A DNA stretch of 60,693 nucleotides from Pontixanthobacter sp. (GCA_049682975.1 JBAUIN010000044.1:1-60693); one strand, 5' to 3'. Positions 19,179 through 30,104 are shown, numbered from the stretch's first letter. The notes: generated by a model not told the origin, from the letters alone. Made by a program: numbers and translations.

Positions 19179-20606
19179 ATGGAACCGCGATCAATGCTAA
19201 AATTTGACACTTCAAACCTTTGGAACCGTCTACCGGTACGACAGGTTCTGCGAGACCGCGGCGCCATCATGGCGGTAGCCGCCCTCTGGCTCGCATCCTG
19301 CGCGAGCGTGCCACAGACAACTTCGCCACAGACCGTGCTTAGTTCCGGTTCCGCGACTGTGCCCACGATGATCGCGGACGCCGCCGATATCGAATGGACC
19401 ATCGACAGATACGTCAGGATGGACCGTAGGGCCCTCGAACGATCCGCGTCAGACGGATCGGTATCCGCTGCGCTTTTTGCAACGCTAAATCGCGAAGGCA
19501 ACGCGTCGGAATTACTTTTGGAAGCGATGGAAACAGCGAGTGGAGCGGACGGAGCTGAGCGGCTCCTTGCCATATTGCTGGACCAACTCATCGCGAACCA
19601 TCGCTGGAGCGAGGTCATCGAAGTTGCAGAACGTTTTGATCCACAGAATGAAGCAATCGCCTACGCGCGGCCATATGCAAATTGGCCCAAGGCAGGGGTG
19701 TCTTATGGAGCAAAAGAGTTCGTCGAGGTGCCGTTCGATGGCCTATACATCTCAGCAAAATTGGATGGGCAGCCCATCAAGATCGCCTTCGACACAGGTG
19801 CACCGGGTGTCGGGGTCCATCATGATTTTCTAGACATGCTTCAAACTGACAGGACGGCACCACAACGCTATGCCTATCCTGCCTTCGATCTCACCGTCGA
19901 GCGCTACCATGCCCTCATCGGCGAATTGACGATCGGCGACATCAGATTGACGAACATCGCTGCAACCGTCGCGCGACCACCCAGCGAGGACGAGTTGGCA
20001 AAATTCGAAGCGATGGAAAGGAATACTGGACGTCACGACATCATCATGGGTCTGGATGCGCTCCGTCCCTACTTCGCGGTCATCGAGTTCGACTACAACC
20101 GCGACGTCGTCCGGTTCATAAGGCGGGACGCATCACCGCGATCCGATGCGAACATGATCATGGGGGATGGGCGGAAGCCCATGGTGCGATTACGATCGCA
20201 AAACAGGACGTCGAACGTATATGTCGATACCGGCTCATACGGTCACCTTCTGGGTCAAGGCGCGTTCGAAACATCCGACTGTCTCGCCAGCCGAGTAATG
20301 AAAGCACCCTGGCGCGAGATCGAAGAGCATCGCGTGCGTATCGCATTCGGCGAGCAGGTGCCTATCGAAGCCTGGGCACAGCCTCGGAGTCTAGTGAAGG
20401 AAGACCGATGGGACATCACCGGCTACATCGGAAACCCGCGCAGCGGCATATATAAACTCGACTTGGAAGATGGCAATTTCGCACTTCTCGATTACGACAG
20501 TTCTGGCTTGGACAGCCTCTGGCCGATCGCCTCTAGAAGCGAGGGGACATGTCAGCCTCCACTACCCATGCCGGTCGAGGGTCTTATTATTCCAGTCCCA
20601 AAATAA
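19179..20606 (+). CDS. Retropepsin-like aspartyl protease lipoprotein (two domains)
   Basis: Lipobox LASC; FDTGA...IMGLD and VDTGS...GYIG motifs. True start may be ~19269. Confidence 0.8.
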   Translation: MEPRSMLKFDTSNLWNRLPVRQVLRDRGAIMAVAALWLASCASVPQTTSPQTVLSSGSATVPTMIADAADIEWTIDRYVRMDRRALERSASDGSVSAALFATLNREGNASELLLEAMETASGADGAERLLAILLDQLIANHRWSEVIEVAERFDPQNEAIAYARPYANWPKAGVSYGAKEFVEVPFDGLYISAKLDGQPIKIAFDTGAPGVGVHHDFLDMLQTDRTAPQRYAYPAFDLTVERYHALIGELTIGDIRLTNIAATVARPPSEDELAKFEAMERNTGRHDIIMGLDALRPYFAVIEFDYNRDVVRFIRRDASPRSDANMIMGDGRKPMVRLRSQNRTSNVYVDTGSYGHLLGQGAFETSDCLASRVMKAPWREIEEHRVRIAFGEQVPIEAWAQPRSLVKEDRWDITGYIGNPRSGIYKLDLEDGNFALLDYDSSGLDSLWPIASRSEGTCQPPLPMPVEGLIIPVPK

Positions 20607-20960
20607 CCCGACGGAACATCTCACGGCGTGAAAATCCCACGGCCAAGTTTCGGCATCAACAGTGGTGGCTGCCTAATTCAGCATATTGAGACATGCCCAT
20701 TACGACGACTAGCGACTATTGTTACACATACTTTGAACCCCTGTTGAGCTTCAGCACCGCAAACGATGCTTTCCTGACGGTTTCGAGTGATGGATGGATG
20801 TCCTTCACTGCGGACGACTTCAGAAGGAACGCGGGGCATCCTGAAACGTCTGCTGTCGCTTGAAACAGGCATTGCTTGACAATCGTTTGTTGGATTTGCG
20901 CTCACCTATTGTCTGCGGTCTGCATGTCGCCATCATTGTCGCTACCGTAGCAAGCGACCT

Positions 20961-21431
20961 TCAGACTGGCACAAAGGTTTCGAACTTGATCTGCGAATAC
21001 ACCACGTTCGACGTGCATCGGCGCACAGCTGGATCCGACAATATGTAGTCGTGTATCCATTTTTCGAAAGTGTGCATGTCAGGCATGTGCACGTGAAGAA
21101 TCAGGTCGGCTTCGCCTGTCACAGTGTAGCACTGAGAAACTTCTTCAGCACTTCGGAAGCGTCGTTTCAGCCGATCGTATCCGTCCGCCTGCTCCTCCAT
21201 CATCACGATCGTGACGATGATCTGAATCCCGAACCGGCTCGGATCGAGGAGTGCGACTTCCCGCTGAATCACTCCGGTTTCCCGGAGGCGTTTCACACGG
21301 CGCCGGTAGCCAGAAGCAGAAATTCCCGCCTTGTCCGCAAGCACATCCGGTGAGCGGCGCGCATCGGCCTGCAACTCCCGCAAAATCCGTCGATCGACGG
21401 CATCCAATGGCTGGTGGCCGTTATTGCTCAT
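20961..21431 (-). CDS. Lrp/AsnC family regulator
   Basis: LDAVDRRILRELQADAR...RRVKRLRETGVI...CYTVTGEAD. Confidence 0.93.
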   Translation of the reverse strand: MSNNGHQPLDAVDRRILRELQADARRSPDVLADKAGISASGYRRRVKRLRETGVIQREVALLDPSRFGIQIIVTIVMMEEQADGYDRLKRRFRSAEEVSQCYTVTGEADLILHVHMPDMHTFEKWIHDYILSDPAVRRCTSNVVYSQIKFETFVPV

Positions 21432-21538
21432 TATGGGGCGATTTATAGGCGGAAACGATCGCTCTGCAAGCACCAATGGTCACTATCATCATGGGATGCA
21501 CTGTAAACAATCAGAAAACTTACAAGGATCTACAAATT

Positions 21539-22810
21539 ATGAAAATTGCGTTCATGGCCTTTTTAGTGGCTGTTCCCACCATCGTGCTCGCCCAGTCCCC
21601 CGACCCCGTGGTGACCCCGGTGGGAGGTGAACCGCGCGTTGTGGAGATGCGGGAGAACCACGCGAACGGAGTGCTCGCGAAACTCTACTCCACAATCGAC
21701 GGCAAGGCTGAAGGTCTATGGCAGGAATGGGACGAAGAAGGGCGTCCGCGATATTACGGAGAATGGAAAAACGGCAAGGGAGAAGGCGTGTGGCTGTATT
21801 TCCATCCGAACGGCATGGTCCGCGACAAATCACGTGCGGTCGCTGACGTCTGGCACGGTATCACCGAAGGGTGGCACGCCAACGGCGTAAAGGCGTTCGA
21901 CGGTGAATTCATCGATGGAGTGCGGCGTAACCCATTCCGTTACTGGAACGAAGAAGGTCGACCGACCGGTCCCTGGGCCGAAATGGGAGAGGCGGCTCAG
22001 CTGTCTGAGACCATGCCTAAGACAGTCGATCTGGGTCAATGGCCAGAAGATTTCGCGATCTGGGATTTCTCGCTGACACCCGACCTCCAGACCATGTTCG
22101 TCGCGACAGGCGACGAGGACGGAGCGAATAGGCGAATATTGCAGCGGACTTGGCGGAATGGTTCATGGCAGCCCTTGGAACCGGCACCCTTCAACGACCT
22201 GACAGCAGCAGAAGGTCTGCCGATCGTAAGTCTCGATGGCGAATGGGTCTATTTCAGCAGTGACCGGCAGACGAAGGAGGAGCCGGAAAATACTGCAAGG
22301 GAGCTTTACCGAGCCTCGCGCGCATCGGGGTGGAAGGACGTCCAGCGTATCACGAGAACACCTGACTATGGGGAGATATCGTTCTCCCATGCGCAGGACG
22401 GCCGCGGCGTGATGTGGACCGCCGGGCGACCCGGTGGGTCCGACAAGATGGGTCTTTATGAAGTGCTGCTGCAAGAAAGCGACGAGGGAACCCCGGCGAG
22501 CCTGCACATCGTGGCCAGCCTGAACGACCTCCACGTGAACGATCCGTCCGGCGAGAATTTCGCGGGTATCTCGCGCGACGGAAATACAATCGTGTTCGCG
22601 AATTACGACATCGGTGGAGAGGGAACAGGCGAAGATCTCTATGTGTCCCGCCGTGTAACAAGCGGGTGGAGCGATCCTATTTCGCTCGGTGCAGACGTCA
22701 ACACCGCAGCAGGGGAGTCAAACCCGATCCTGATCGGAGACGGTCGGACACTACTGTTCCTTCGGGCTGCGCCCACAGCTCGAAATGTCTATGCGCTGAG
22801 GCTTCCGTAA
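21539..22810 (+). CDS. Secreted MORN2-repeat plus PD40/TolB-like beta-propeller protein
   Basis: Signal peptide, repeats such as GKGEGVWLYFHPNG, then SLDGEWVYFSSDR and ISRDGNTIVF. Confidence 0.8.
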   Translation: MKIAFMAFLVAVPTIVLAQSPDPVVTPVGGEPRVVEMRENHANGVLAKLYSTIDGKAEGLWQEWDEEGRPRYYGEWKNGKGEGVWLYFHPNGMVRDKSRAVADVWHGITEGWHANGVKAFDGEFIDGVRRNPFRYWNEEGRPTGPWAEMGEAAQLSETMPKTVDLGQWPEDFAIWDFSLTPDLQTMFVATGDEDGANRRILQRTWRNGSWQPLEPAPFNDLTAAEGLPIVSLDGEWVYFSSDRQTKEEPENTARELYRASRASGWKDVQRITRTPDYGEISFSHAQDGRGVMWTAGRPGGSDKMGLYEVLLQESDEGTPASLHIVASLNDLHVNDPSGENFAGISRDGNTIVFANYDIGGEGTGEDLYVSRRVTSGWSDPISLGADVNTAAGESNPILIGDGRTLLFLRAAPTARNVYALRLP

Positions 22811-24961
22811 GTGAACTACGACGGGAGGCGCTGTGCTGAACCACTTGCTGCAGAATCTTCCGCGTATAGGAACCCAAGCGGTCACTTCCAGCCGCTGACA
22901 TTCACGTTGTTTATGGTGCTTGCTCTAACCCCGAGCCCAATACTTGCGCAGGAAGGAACGATCACCACAACTTCGCCAGAAGCCGCGATGGCTCAATCAG
23001 AAATCCGCCGAACCTTTCTCAGATCGGAATTCGAGCGCTTCGCTCCGAGCACGGCGCTCGACATCGTTCTGCAGGTGCCGGCGTTCACCATTCAAGAGGC
23101 CGATGGTGGACGGGGGCTTGGACAAGCCAGTTCCAATGTGCTGCTCAACGGTCAGCGACTTATTTCCAAATCTCTGAGTGTGCGTCAGCAGTTACAACAG
23201 ATCTCGGCAGCGTCGGTTGAGCGAATTGAAATCGTCGATGGAGCCTCGCTGAACATCCCTGGTCTCACGGGACAGGTCGCGAACGTGATTACCAGAACGA
23301 CATCCTTGTCCGGCAACTATTCATGGTCCCCCGGTATCGACGTCGGAGGGCGCTTCGTTCCGACCGAAGGGGCGTTATCAGTAACCGGTGCCTTTAATGC
23401 TTTCAGCTACAACGCGGCCTTGTCAAACGACACGTCCCTGAAGCGGAAATTCACTGGCGGCCTACAGGTGAAATCAGACCAGGGTTCGGTTCTACAAGAC
23501 AGGGCGGTAGGATACCGAACGAGATACGATGAACCGAAAGCTTCGGCGTCGTTGTCATGGGAGGGACCCAATGGCATCACATACACCATCAGGGGGAGCT
23601 ATCAGGTCGTCTCCAGTAAGGTGGCAGCCATCGAGCTGGAGCGCGTTGCCGAGTCTGATCTTGGCTCGGTTCAGCGAGGATCGGACAACACCTTCACTGC
23701 TTTCGAGATCGGTGCCGAGGCCGGTGTTCCCCTTCGAGGCGGCATCCTCAAACTTACGGGGCTGCGACGGCATGATATCGCCGACCTCGACCAATCCCAG
23801 ACCTTCATCCCACGAATTGCGGACCCGAGGACAGGATCGCGCTTCCTTGCCGATCGGCGGGAGGTGGAGACGATCGGACGTGCGGAGTATTCATGGACCG
23901 CCGGGACGTCATCGTTTCAGATCAATGGCGAAGCCGCATTCAACACACTCGATACCGATGCCGAGCTCTTCATCCTCAATAGCGTAGGCGAACTCGTCAG
24001 GGAGCCATTCCCTTCAGCAAGTGGTAATGTAGCAGAGGAACGGTTCGAAGCCGGGGCGACCCATGGTCGACCGCTAACGGACCGCCTGGCCTTACAGGTC
24101 ACGCTGGGTGCGGAGTATTCGAAACTCTCCACGGAAGGCGTGAACGCTTCGGAGCGTGAATTCTACCGGCCGAAAGGAGCGCTTTCGTTGACATGGAAGC
24201 AATCCGACGATCTGACATTATCCCTCCTTGTCGAACGTAGTGTTGGCCAACTTAGATTCTCGGATTTCCTCGCTCAGGTATTTCTCAGCGACGATCGAGA
24301 GAATACCGGCAATGCGGATCTCAGGCCGCCACAAACCTTGAGGTCCGAGCTGGAAGCGATCAAGGGCTTCGGCACTTTCGGCAATGCCAAACTGACTCTC
24401 TACAATGATCAGATCGACGACCTCGTCGACGTCATCTTCACCGGAACCGGGGAATCTCCAGGCAACCTGGATTCAGCCTACCGCAGGGGAGCGGAATTGG
24501 ACGCTACGTTGCAACTGGCGCCGTTCGGTCTCGATGGAGCGAAGCTGGACGCCAATGTCAGATACCAGGACTCGAACGTCCTCGACCCATCAACCGGCAC
24601 GAACCGCGAGATCAGTTTCACCCGTGAGTGGTTCGTCGGGATGGACTTCAGGCATGACATCGCCGGGTCGGACATCGCCTACGGGTTCGGCTTGGACTAT
24701 GGAACGGACTATCCGTTCTTCAGGGTGTTCGAGACTGGTCTGTTACGCGACACGCAATATCTCAATACGCTGTTCGTCGAACACAAGGACGTCCTCGGAT
24801 TGAAAGTGATCGCAAAGGCCAACAATCTGTTCGGCGACGTTCAACGCGAGACCCGGCAAATCTTCGACACGCGCCGCGGTACGAGTCTGGCCACGGCATT
24901 CAGAACGGACACCACATCGCGAGGCCCGTTCTTCGAACTCACAGTGGAAGGCCAGTTCTGA
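22811..24961 (+). CDS. TonB-dependent receptor
   Basis: Plug motif NVLLNG...VERIEIVDG, GNADLRP, terminal Phe. Start may be ~22913. Confidence 0.9.
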   Translation: MNYDGRRCAEPLAAESSAYRNPSGHFQPLTFTLFMVLALTPSPILAQEGTITTTSPEAAMAQSEIRRTFLRSEFERFAPSTALDIVLQVPAFTIQEADGGRGLGQASSNVLLNGQRLISKSLSVRQQLQQISAASVERIEIVDGASLNIPGLTGQVANVITRTTSLSGNYSWSPGIDVGGRFVPTEGALSVTGAFNAFSYNAALSNDTSLKRKFTGGLQVKSDQGSVLQDRAVGYRTRYDEPKASASLSWEGPNGITYTIRGSYQVVSSKVAAIELERVAESDLGSVQRGSDNTFTAFEIGAEAGVPLRGGILKLTGLRRHDIADLDQSQTFIPRIADPRTGSRFLADRREVETIGRAEYSWTAGTSSFQINGEAAFNTLDTDAELFILNSVGELVREPFPSASGNVAEERFEAGATHGRPLTDRLALQVTLGAEYSKLSTEGVNASEREFYRPKGALSLTWKQSDDLTLSLLVERSVGQLRFSDFLAQVFLSDDRENTGNADLRPPQTLRSELEAIKGFGTFGNAKLTLYNDQIDDLVDVIFTGTGESPGNLDSAYRRGAELDATLQLAPFGLDGAKLDANVRYQDSNVLDPSTGTNREISFTREWFVGMDFRHDIAGSDIAYGFGLDYGTDYPFFRVFETGLLRDTQYLNTLFVEHKDVLGLKVIAKANNLFGDVQRETRQIFDTRRGTSLATAFRTDTTSRGPFFELTVEGQF

Positions 24962-25027
24962 TGCTGAGATGGCATCGATTAGGGATTTGCGAGCGAGCGG
25001 AAAAAGAAAATATCAAAGGAGACTTTC

Positions 25028-26134
25028 ATGATCATTCCAGGAAAAAAGGAGGCCCCAAACCGAACATTGGCCGCGGCTTCCATACTCATCGTGGGCACCG
25101 TCGTCATAGCATGCTCACCGGCAAATCCTTCGGTGAACGAAAATCAGGCAGCGGAAGGAAAACGGGACGTCGTCGTAACGGGTAAGTCCTCGATGGGCGA
25201 AAAAAACGACGATGGTGACGACCAACCATCGTGGATGGCGAACTATTCCCTCGACACACCGGTCAGGTTCGCTCCGCAGGAACTGCAACAGGACGGCAAA
25301 ATCACCTTGTCTCCGGGTTTCACACCTGATGGTCGCACCATCTACTTCGGCCAGTCCGAGTGCTCGGTCATATGGCAATGCCCCCAGAAGCTGAAGCGCT
25401 CCGACCTCACCATTGATGGTTGGAGCACGCCCCGTCTCGTGCCGCTACCGCAGGACGCAAGGGCGGAAGCACCCAGCGTAACGCCGGACGGTAAGACCCT
25501 ATTCTTCTCATGGAGCGGAAAATCGCCTCTGCATGCTGGCCGAGACCGGACCGAGAACTTCGACCTCTGGAAACTCGACCTCACCCGAACCGATGCCGAA
25601 CCGGTTCCCGTCAGGGGTCCGAACATTCCGGCTCTACGCGCTGGTAAGGTCGCCTCACTGCGTTTCGTCAACAATGAAACGCTCCCGACGGTCACCACCA
25701 ATGGCAATCTGTATTTTATGACGGAACGGCTCGACGGCATCGGCGAGCGCGACATCTACTTCGCACGCGGTGGTCCCGATGGCACGTTTCAGCGCGCAGA
25801 ACCCCTTCCGCCGCCGATAAACTCGAAAGGCCGCGACGGAGGGGTATGGGTCAGCCCGGACGAAATGATAATGATGCTGGACTACCCCGGACGGGGTGGA
25901 AGCGGCAAAAGCGACTTGTTCATATCCATTCGTTCGGGCGATGAGTGGCTGGAGCCGGTCAATCTCGGCGCGCGCATCAATTCGACGGCGCGCGACTGGT
26001 CACCACGTCTGAGTCCGGACATGAAGACCCTGATATTTACATCGGACAGAGCCTTCGGCGATCAACCTGAAGGTCTCATCCAAGTCTGGTCGGTAAGGTT
26101 CAACATAGACGAATACCTTCCCCAGAGTTCATGA
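25028..26134 (+). CDS. PD40/TolB-like beta-propeller lipoprotein
   Basis: Lipobox VIAC; repeats PGFTPDGRTIYF, PSVTPDGKTLFF, PRLSPDMKTLIFTSDR. Confidence 0.87.
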   Translation: MIIPGKKEAPNRTLAAASILIVGTVVIACSPANPSVNENQAAEGKRDVVVTGKSSMGEKNDDGDDQPSWMANYSLDTPVRFAPQELQQDGKITLSPGFTPDGRTIYFGQSECSVIWQCPQKLKRSDLTIDGWSTPRLVPLPQDARAEAPSVTPDGKTLFFSWSGKSPLHAGRDRTENFDLWKLDLTRTDAEPVPVRGPNIPALRAGKVASLRFVNNETLPTVTTNGNLYFMTERLDGIGERDIYFARGGPDGTFQRAEPLPPPINSKGRDGGVWVSPDEMIMMLDYPGRGGSGKSDLFISIRSGDEWLEPVNLGARINSTARDWSPRLSPDMKTLIFTSDRAFGDQPEGLIQVWSVRFNIDEYLPQSS

Positions 26135-26224
26135 CCGGAACATAGCATACGATAACAATAACCTTCGCACCCGCATCATGCACGACGACATTACTGATAC
26201 GACCCTCAAACTTGGCGATATATA

Positions 26225-27739
26225 ATGAAAAGACTGGTATTCTGCTTTGATGGCACTTGGAACAAAATCAATGAGAAGGCTCTGACGAATGTTGCGCTGA
26301 CGGCAGCTGCGGTCAGCAACAAGGGGTTCGAGCTCGGTCCGGACGGCAAGCTCGATGAAAGCAAGCCCGTATCGCAGATAATCCATTACGATGCCGGGGT
26401 CGGGACGAACCGGCTGGAAAAGCTGTCCGGCGGAGCGCTCGGCAAGGGGCTCTATGAAAACGTGCAGGAAGCCTACACCTTTCTATGCCTGAATTACGAA
26501 CCGGGCGATGAAATCTACGTGTTCGGGTTCTCGCGCGGGGCCTACACGGCGCGTTCGTTCGCTGGCCTCGTCGGTAATTGCGGGATCATGAAAAGCGAAC
26601 ACTTGGAAAAGGTCATTAAAGCAGCAGAGATATACAAGGAGCGGTCCTCCGCCAACGATGACGAGAAGAAGGAAAAGCTGCAAAGACTGATGTTCGGATT
26701 GCACCGTAATTTCGGTTGTGATGTGGTGACATGCGATGCGGAGGCGGATTGGAAAAGGACCCGGCATGGGTTGGAAGGCCACAAGCAGCAGAAGATCAAG
26801 ATCGCGTATCTCGGTCTGTGGGATACGGTTAAAACCCTGATCGACACGAGCAGGACAGAGCGCGAGTTCCACGACGACGACATTCCCGAATGCGCGCTTT
26901 CGGGAAGACATGCGGTAGCACTCGACGAATACCGGCAGGCTTTCGCTCCCACGTTGTGGGATAACACGGATGAGGCCAATCGACGGGCCCACGACCGGAT
27001 TTCGGACCAAAGACCGTTCGAGGAATACAAATACGCAACCGATCGGGCTTTCGCCGAAGTATGGTTCCCCGGTACGCATGGTGGCGTAGGCGGAGGCGGC
27101 GACATTCGCGGGCTGTCGGATAACGCGATGCTATGGGTGCTGGAAGGCGCACGTAAGGCGGGTTTGGCGGTCGATACCACTCCGCTGTCCAAGGTGTTCA
27201 AGTTCTGCCCGACGGCGATGGCACCGCTCGATAATTCGACTGAAGACAGTTTCATGGAGAATGTCAGCGAAGCGCGCAAGAAACTGCCAATAGGTTCGTT
27301 CTCAAGGTGCGGTCCATCGCACATATCGCAGGTGAGCGAAGCGGCAATCATCCGCTATGCCTGCCCTGCGGAAATGCTTCCATGGGAGGATGATCGTGAC
27401 GAGGACGATCCATACCGGCCAGCTGCCTTGAGTGGGAATACTGAATTAGAGAAGGCCGTTGTCGACCGTGCGGAGGCTTATACGCGTGAGGATTTCGAAC
27501 TATATCGCGGTTATGGCTGGGACGATGGCGCTTGGGGCGAGCGGCAGTCCGGTGCGGTGAAATTCGAGCCCTATCGAATGGGTCAGAATGAGACGCTCGG
27601 GCAGGTTGCAGGCAGAGAGCTTCATGAGTTCGGCAGGTATGAAGAATTGCAACGCTGGAACAAAGTCATGATTCCCGATGCCGACCACGTGTTCGCGGAT
27701 CAAGTGATCAATGTGCCTGTAGAAAGCGATCAGGAATAG
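26225..27739 (+). CDS. DUF2235 (Tle1-like) alpha/beta hydrolase with C-terminal LysM-like domain
   Basis: CFDGTWN, GFSRGAY, LWDTV, HAVALDE, WFPGTHGGVGGG; C-terminal YRMGQNETLGQVA...WN...QVINVP. Confidence 0.88.
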   Translation: MKRLVFCFDGTWNKINEKALTNVALTAAAVSNKGFELGPDGKLDESKPVSQIIHYDAGVGTNRLEKLSGGALGKGLYENVQEAYTFLCLNYEPGDEIYVFGFSRGAYTARSFAGLVGNCGIMKSEHLEKVIKAAEIYKERSSANDDEKKEKLQRLMFGLHRNFGCDVVTCDAEADWKRTRHGLEGHKQQKIKIAYLGLWDTVKTLIDTSRTEREFHDDDIPECALSGRHAVALDEYRQAFAPTLWDNTDEANRRAHDRISDQRPFEEYKYATDRAFAEVWFPGTHGGVGGGGDIRGLSDNAMLWVLEGARKAGLAVDTTPLSKVFKFCPTAMAPLDNSTEDSFMENVSEARKKLPIGSFSRCGPSHISQVSEAAIIRYACPAEMLPWEDDRDEDDPYRPAALSGNTELEKAVVDRAEAYTREDFELYRGYGWDDGAWGERQSGAVKFEPYRMGQNETLGQVAGRELHEFGRYEELQRWNKVMIPDADHVFADQVINVPVESDQE

Positions 27740-27929
27740 AAAACGACAACCAGCAGGCCGTTCGGACTAAACGACCAAGGCTTTGGAAATAGCATAGGAT
27801 TAGCCGGAATTGAAATCGACTGATGCGAGATACAGAAACCGCTAAACGCGTTCTACTGGTGGAAGTTGCGCACAAGTGGTATGGTCAAACGGTGGTCGCT
27901 CGCATGATACCAATCTTGGGGGGGAAACC

Positions 27930-29219
27930 ATGTTTACGAGAATTATGGCGACGGCCACTGCGGCCCTTATTTGTCTGGCCGCTTTCACAGCAAAAGCTGA
28001 ACCATCGAAATCGGACCCTCAAGTTTCCAAACCCAGTTTGAGTTACAGGCTTCCAGCCGCAAAAATCGCGTTCGGAGCGACATGGACGCTCGAAAGCTGC
28101 GGAACCGCCGAAGAACCGCCCAAAGTTTCGGTGACGACCGGTATCAAACCGGTCTACTTCGCGGGGGATCGGATCTCGTTGGACCCGTCTGGATCGTTCC
28201 TGGTCAAGCGAACGGTGAATTTGGAATACCACCCGAACGGCACCCTGAAATCTTTCAATGGAACCAGTGAGGGTCAGGGTGGAGAATTGATCGCTGCTGC
28301 CATCAAGACCGTCGGCTTCCTCGCTTCGGGTGGGCTGGGGAAAAAATTGAACGAGACGGACGAGTTTCCGCCGCCACTCACAGTTCCAAGATGTCATGAG
28401 CACATCCGCGAGTTGACAGAAAAACTGTCCAAGCTGACTGAAGCGAGGGACTCCATCCTACTGAACCTCGGGAAAAATACAGAACTAATGGCGATGTCGA
28501 CACTCGCCAAGTTGGAAGAGGAGATTACGGTCGTTCAAAGTGCTTTGACCGTCACGGGCAAAGCTATCGTGGTCGATCCGAAGTCCAACCAAACGGAAGT
28601 GGCTCGGACCCTTCCAGAACCAGCCTTAACTGCTTGGTATGCAAAAAGCGACGTGGACGCAGCCCGCGCGCAACTCACCGCATTGGGTGTGACGGGACTG
28701 AATGGCTTCCAGATCGCAGTGAAAGGCAGCTTTGCTGCCGATGCGAACGTGCCATCCGCTTCTTCATCAGGACGGGCGCTCTGGTATCGTGAGCCGGCCG
28801 CTTATTCAGCGACAATGACACCGATTGGGGAATTCTCATGCCCACAAGCCAACCAACCATCCCATTGCGCGCAGGCGATGGCGATCAGGCGCGCTTCGAC
28901 GCAGTCGCTGTCAGTATCTGTTCCCCAAGCCGGGTCTGCACGATCACTCCCATTCAATGGAAGCGGAATATTCGGTAACAGGTCGATCGCAGCGGAGTTT
29001 TCAATCTCCGGCGCGCTTACGAAGGCTGAATACAGCAGCGGGTCATCCGCGAAATCAGGAGCCAACGCATTGACGGCCGGGATCGCCGCACTAACCGAAA
29101 TCCGCGATTCCAATCAGGCGGCCATCGATAGACGGATCAAAATGCTGAAATCGGAAGCCGAGTTGGAGAAGCTTCTGGAAGAAGCCGTGGCACAACAAAA
29201 CGCAGGAGCAACACCATAG
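27930..29219 (+). CDS. Secreted hypothetical protein
   Basis: Signal peptide after a G-rich RBS. Two similar beta-hairpin segments (LEYHPNGTLKSF, AEFSISGALTKA), each followed by helical/coiled-coil sequence. Confidence 0.75.
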   Translation: MFTRIMATATAALICLAAFTAKAEPSKSDPQVSKPSLSYRLPAAKIAFGATWTLESCGTAEEPPKVSVTTGIKPVYFAGDRISLDPSGSFLVKRTVNLEYHPNGTLKSFNGTSEGQGGELIAAAIKTVGFLASGGLGKKLNETDEFPPPLTVPRCHEHIRELTEKLSKLTEARDSILLNLGKNTELMAMSTLAKLEEEITVVQSALTVTGKAIVVDPKSNQTEVARTLPEPALTAWYAKSDVDAARAQLTALGVTGLNGFQIAVKGSFAADANVPSASSSGRALWYREPAAYSATMTPIGEFSCPQANQPSHCAQAMAIRRASTQSLSVSVPQAGSARSLPFNGSGIFGNRSIAAEFSISGALTKAEYSSGSSAKSGANALTAGIAALTEIRDSNQAAIDRRIKMLKSEAELEKLLEEAVAQQNAGATP

Positions 29220-29503
29220 GATCGCTTCAGCACAATACACCATAATCCAAAAGGACAGGCGAGCGCAGTTGTGAGCCGAGCCGCTTTACGGTCACTGCGG
29301 CTCGGCCGGTTGCGCATGCTGGCCGAGGCTTCCAACCGATACAACCGGTCGACTACAGCCAGCCACATATCCATACCCGCCCGATCGTTTTTAAGCCTAT
29401 GTCGTTCGACCTGCCGGGCTAAGTTGCGGTGAGCTTCATCGCCCTTTGCGCGTCGAACCAATATGGCAAATTTCGGTAGTTCATGTTTTCGCGCGAGGAC
29501 CAT
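29114..29503 (-). CDS. Second DUF6961-like small protein
   Basis: RKHELPKFAILVRRAKG...AGMDMWLAVVDRL parallels the 16480 protein. The C-terminal extension overlaps the neighbouring gene. Confidence 0.5.
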   Translation of the reverse strand: MVLARKHELPKFAILVRRAKGDEAHRNLARQVERHRLKNDRAGMDMWLAVVDRLYRLEASASMRNRPSRSDRKAARLTTALACPFGLWCIVLKRSYGVAPAFCCATASSRSFSNSASDFSILIRLSMAA

Positions 29504-30056
29504 CTTAGTCGATGACTGCTGTCAAAATCTGAAGGAATGCGATGGCCATGAGCAATCCTATGAACCATGCTTCAAGCTTGAGTTTCGTTTCCTCTTCCAT
29601 CAACGGACTCGTCCTTTCTTGAAAACGATCGCACGGTCATAGGCGGCTGCCTCGGATGCGTCCTGTCGAACAATGACAACCGCGCGAAAACGAGGTCGGT
29701 TAAGGGCAAGGCACTTCACATCAAGGTGGGTGGGTTGGTGTTCACAATCCGTGACAGGATAGCCCGTCACAGCATCTCTCTTCGCAACGCGTGCTCCGAA
29801 CTGCAAGCAGACACGAACAGCACCTTCGACTCGATCATCGAGTAACTGAGCTATTTCGACGCGATAGGAATTTCGAACGCTCAACCGCAACTGTCGCGTC
29901 GGCAGGACATGGCAAGCACCTGCATCATATGAAAGGCTCAAAGCGCAATCCTTGGTGGGCAACCCGCCTCGATAGGATCCGCTTGGCGTATTGAACGTCA
30001 ACATTCAAATATCACCATTTGAACTTCACGATGCCATGTAACCTTGACTTCCCATA

Positions 30057-30074
30057 TGTAACTTGTAAGTTACA
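30057..30074. promoter_or_regulatory. Palindromic operator, probably for the Xre regulator
   Basis: TGTAACTT-gt-AAGTTACA, with a related partial site at 30037-30054. Confidence 0.7.
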
Positions 30075-30104
30075 CCAATCTTGACATCAAAAAGGGGTTT
30101 TCAA

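Noticed and set aside
20607..20960. Short ORFs between the protease and Lrp genes
   Set aside because: No support beyond length.
29600..30004. 134-aa minus-strand ORF
   Set aside because: No RBS or motif recognised; possibly a remnant.
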